Origin: an uncultured Planctomycetota bacterium
Lineage (GTDB): Bacteria; Planctomycetota; Planctomycetia; Isosphaerales; Isosphaeraceae
Direction: 5' to 3'
Assembly: GCA_963845755.1 (NCBI GenBank)
Contig: CAWJTV010000016.1
Span: forward strand, 23,060-87,059
DNA: 64,000 nt
Made by a program: the position numbers and the translations under genes. Positions 63,055-64,000 of this stretch are shown here, in pieces (positions within the stretch are counted from its first letter, which is position 1; every line of letters starts with the position of its first letter). The notes under the pieces were generated by a model. The model did not search any database, was not told where the DNA came from, and saw only the letters and a list, made by a program, of their open reading frames with translations.

Positions 63055-63961
63055 ATGACTGCCCCCAGACGCCGCATGATCGTCAAAGAATTATGTGAAG
63101 AATTCGACGTGTCTCAACGCCGCGTGCGTCGCGGGCGCTGGACCTGGCCCGGTCCGGCCTTCGCTACGTGCCGGTCGTTCGCGATGAGCAGGCGGCGCTG
63201 GCTCGACGCATCGAGGAACTGGCCGGGGCCCGACCCGCGGTTCGGCTACCGGCGGATCTGGGCCTTGCTGGATCGCGAGGGCTGGACGGTCAACAAGAAG
63301 GCCGTGCGTCGCACTCTATCGCGAGCTGGGGCTGAAAGTGGCCCAACCGCGGGCCAATCCCAAGCCGCGCCGGGCTCATGGGCAGGACGAGAATGCCTGC
63401 CATCTCCGGCCCTCGCGCGGGAAAGACGACGTATGGACATGGGACTTTATCTTCGATCGTACCAGTGACGGTCGAAGTCTCAAATGGCTGAGTATTGTTG
63501 ATGAATATACTCGAGAATGCCTGGCGTTGGAGCCGCGCCGGGGCATGACGGCCGAGGACATCCGGGTCATCCTGGCCGAAGTCGCGGCCGGTCGCGGCGG
63601 CCCGCCGTGCCGGATGCGGAGCGACAACGGGCCGGAGTTCGTTGCCGAGGTGGTGCGGTCGTGGCTGGAGGACACCGGCTCCGGGACCTGGCCCGTGGCG
63701 CCGGGGAGCCCCTGGCAGAACGGCTATGCGGAGTCGTTTCATAGCAAGGTCCGTGACGAGTTCCTGAACCGCGAGGAATTCGAGAGCGAACCGCAGGCCA
63801 GGGCGTTGGGCGCGCTCTGGAAGGAGGAGTACAATACCGAACGCCCGCACAGTTCCCTGGGATATCAGACACCGGCCGAATTCGCGGCCACTTGTGTGAG
63901 GTATGTGCCTATCGATGAAGACCCGCCCGATCCCTCGTCTACTGAATCAACGAACAGGTGA
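63055..63961 (+). CDS. IS3 OrfB integrase core (frameshifted)
   Basis: PRFGYRRI, VNKKAVRR, VWTWDF, VDEYTRECLA, RSDNGPEF, PGSPWQNGYAESF, YNTERPHSSLGY. Confidence 0.9.
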
Positions 63962-64000
63962 TTCCCATTATCACTGGACCAAGAAATGGGGAGCAGGCCA

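Larger units (their letters stand above)
60993..64000 (+). mobile_element. IS3-family element interrupted by a nested IS
   Basis: IRL TGGCCTGCCCCCCAAAACCTGGTCCAGT; IRR ACTGGACCAAGAAATGGGGAGCAGGCCA ending at 64000; about 1.29 kb after removing the nested IS; right flank outside window so TSD not checkable. Confidence 0.92.

Noticed and set aside
1..64000. tRNA, rRNA, integrase/prophage, retron or group II intron
   Set aside because: No cloverleaf or rRNA-like tracts, and no recombinase, phage structural or reverse transcriptase motifs recognised

Overview
GC-rich bacterial DNA whose gene families (DUF1552/DUF1592, DUF1501, DUF6797 cytochromes, BlaI/M56, redoxin-monooxygenase) point to a planctomycete, probably Isosphaeraceae-like (inference). 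About 20 otherwise well-conserved genes are split by single-base frameshifts, most likely long-read consensus errors, so frameshift-only pseudogene calls are not made. The window is an accessory-rich mosaic. It holds murQ and a sugar kinase behind blaI/blaR, a SWIM-ligase-WGR gene, four toxin-antitoxin modules or remnants, a GT-C/methyltransferase glycosylation cluster and a two-component pair. Four bounded IS elements are present (IS66, ISAs1, IS3, and a DDE IS nested in the IS3 slippery site), plus an IS21 remnant and a truncated RHS / trypsin-TPR / WD40 island. The best candidate for an undescribed system is a tight four-gene operon at 34265-40013 (minus): unknown protein, CHAT caspase-like protease with intact His/Cys, TPR protein ending in an FlhA/SctV-like (FHIPEP) cytoplasmic domain, and a second stand-alone FHIPEP-like protein, with no flagellar or T3SS genes nearby. 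Non-coding signals of interest are a 151-bp heptamer-hairpin mini-element inserted in a MenT-like toxin (with relatives elsewhere), a spaced TGGGTTCGTTCGCGC repeat array, a 28-bp perfect inverted repeat bracketing 3.1 kb, and inverted AAAGGGGACATAAC repeats bracketing the RHS block. No rRNA, tRNA or CRISPR-Cas was recognised. All family assignments are from motif recognition by eye, not database searches.
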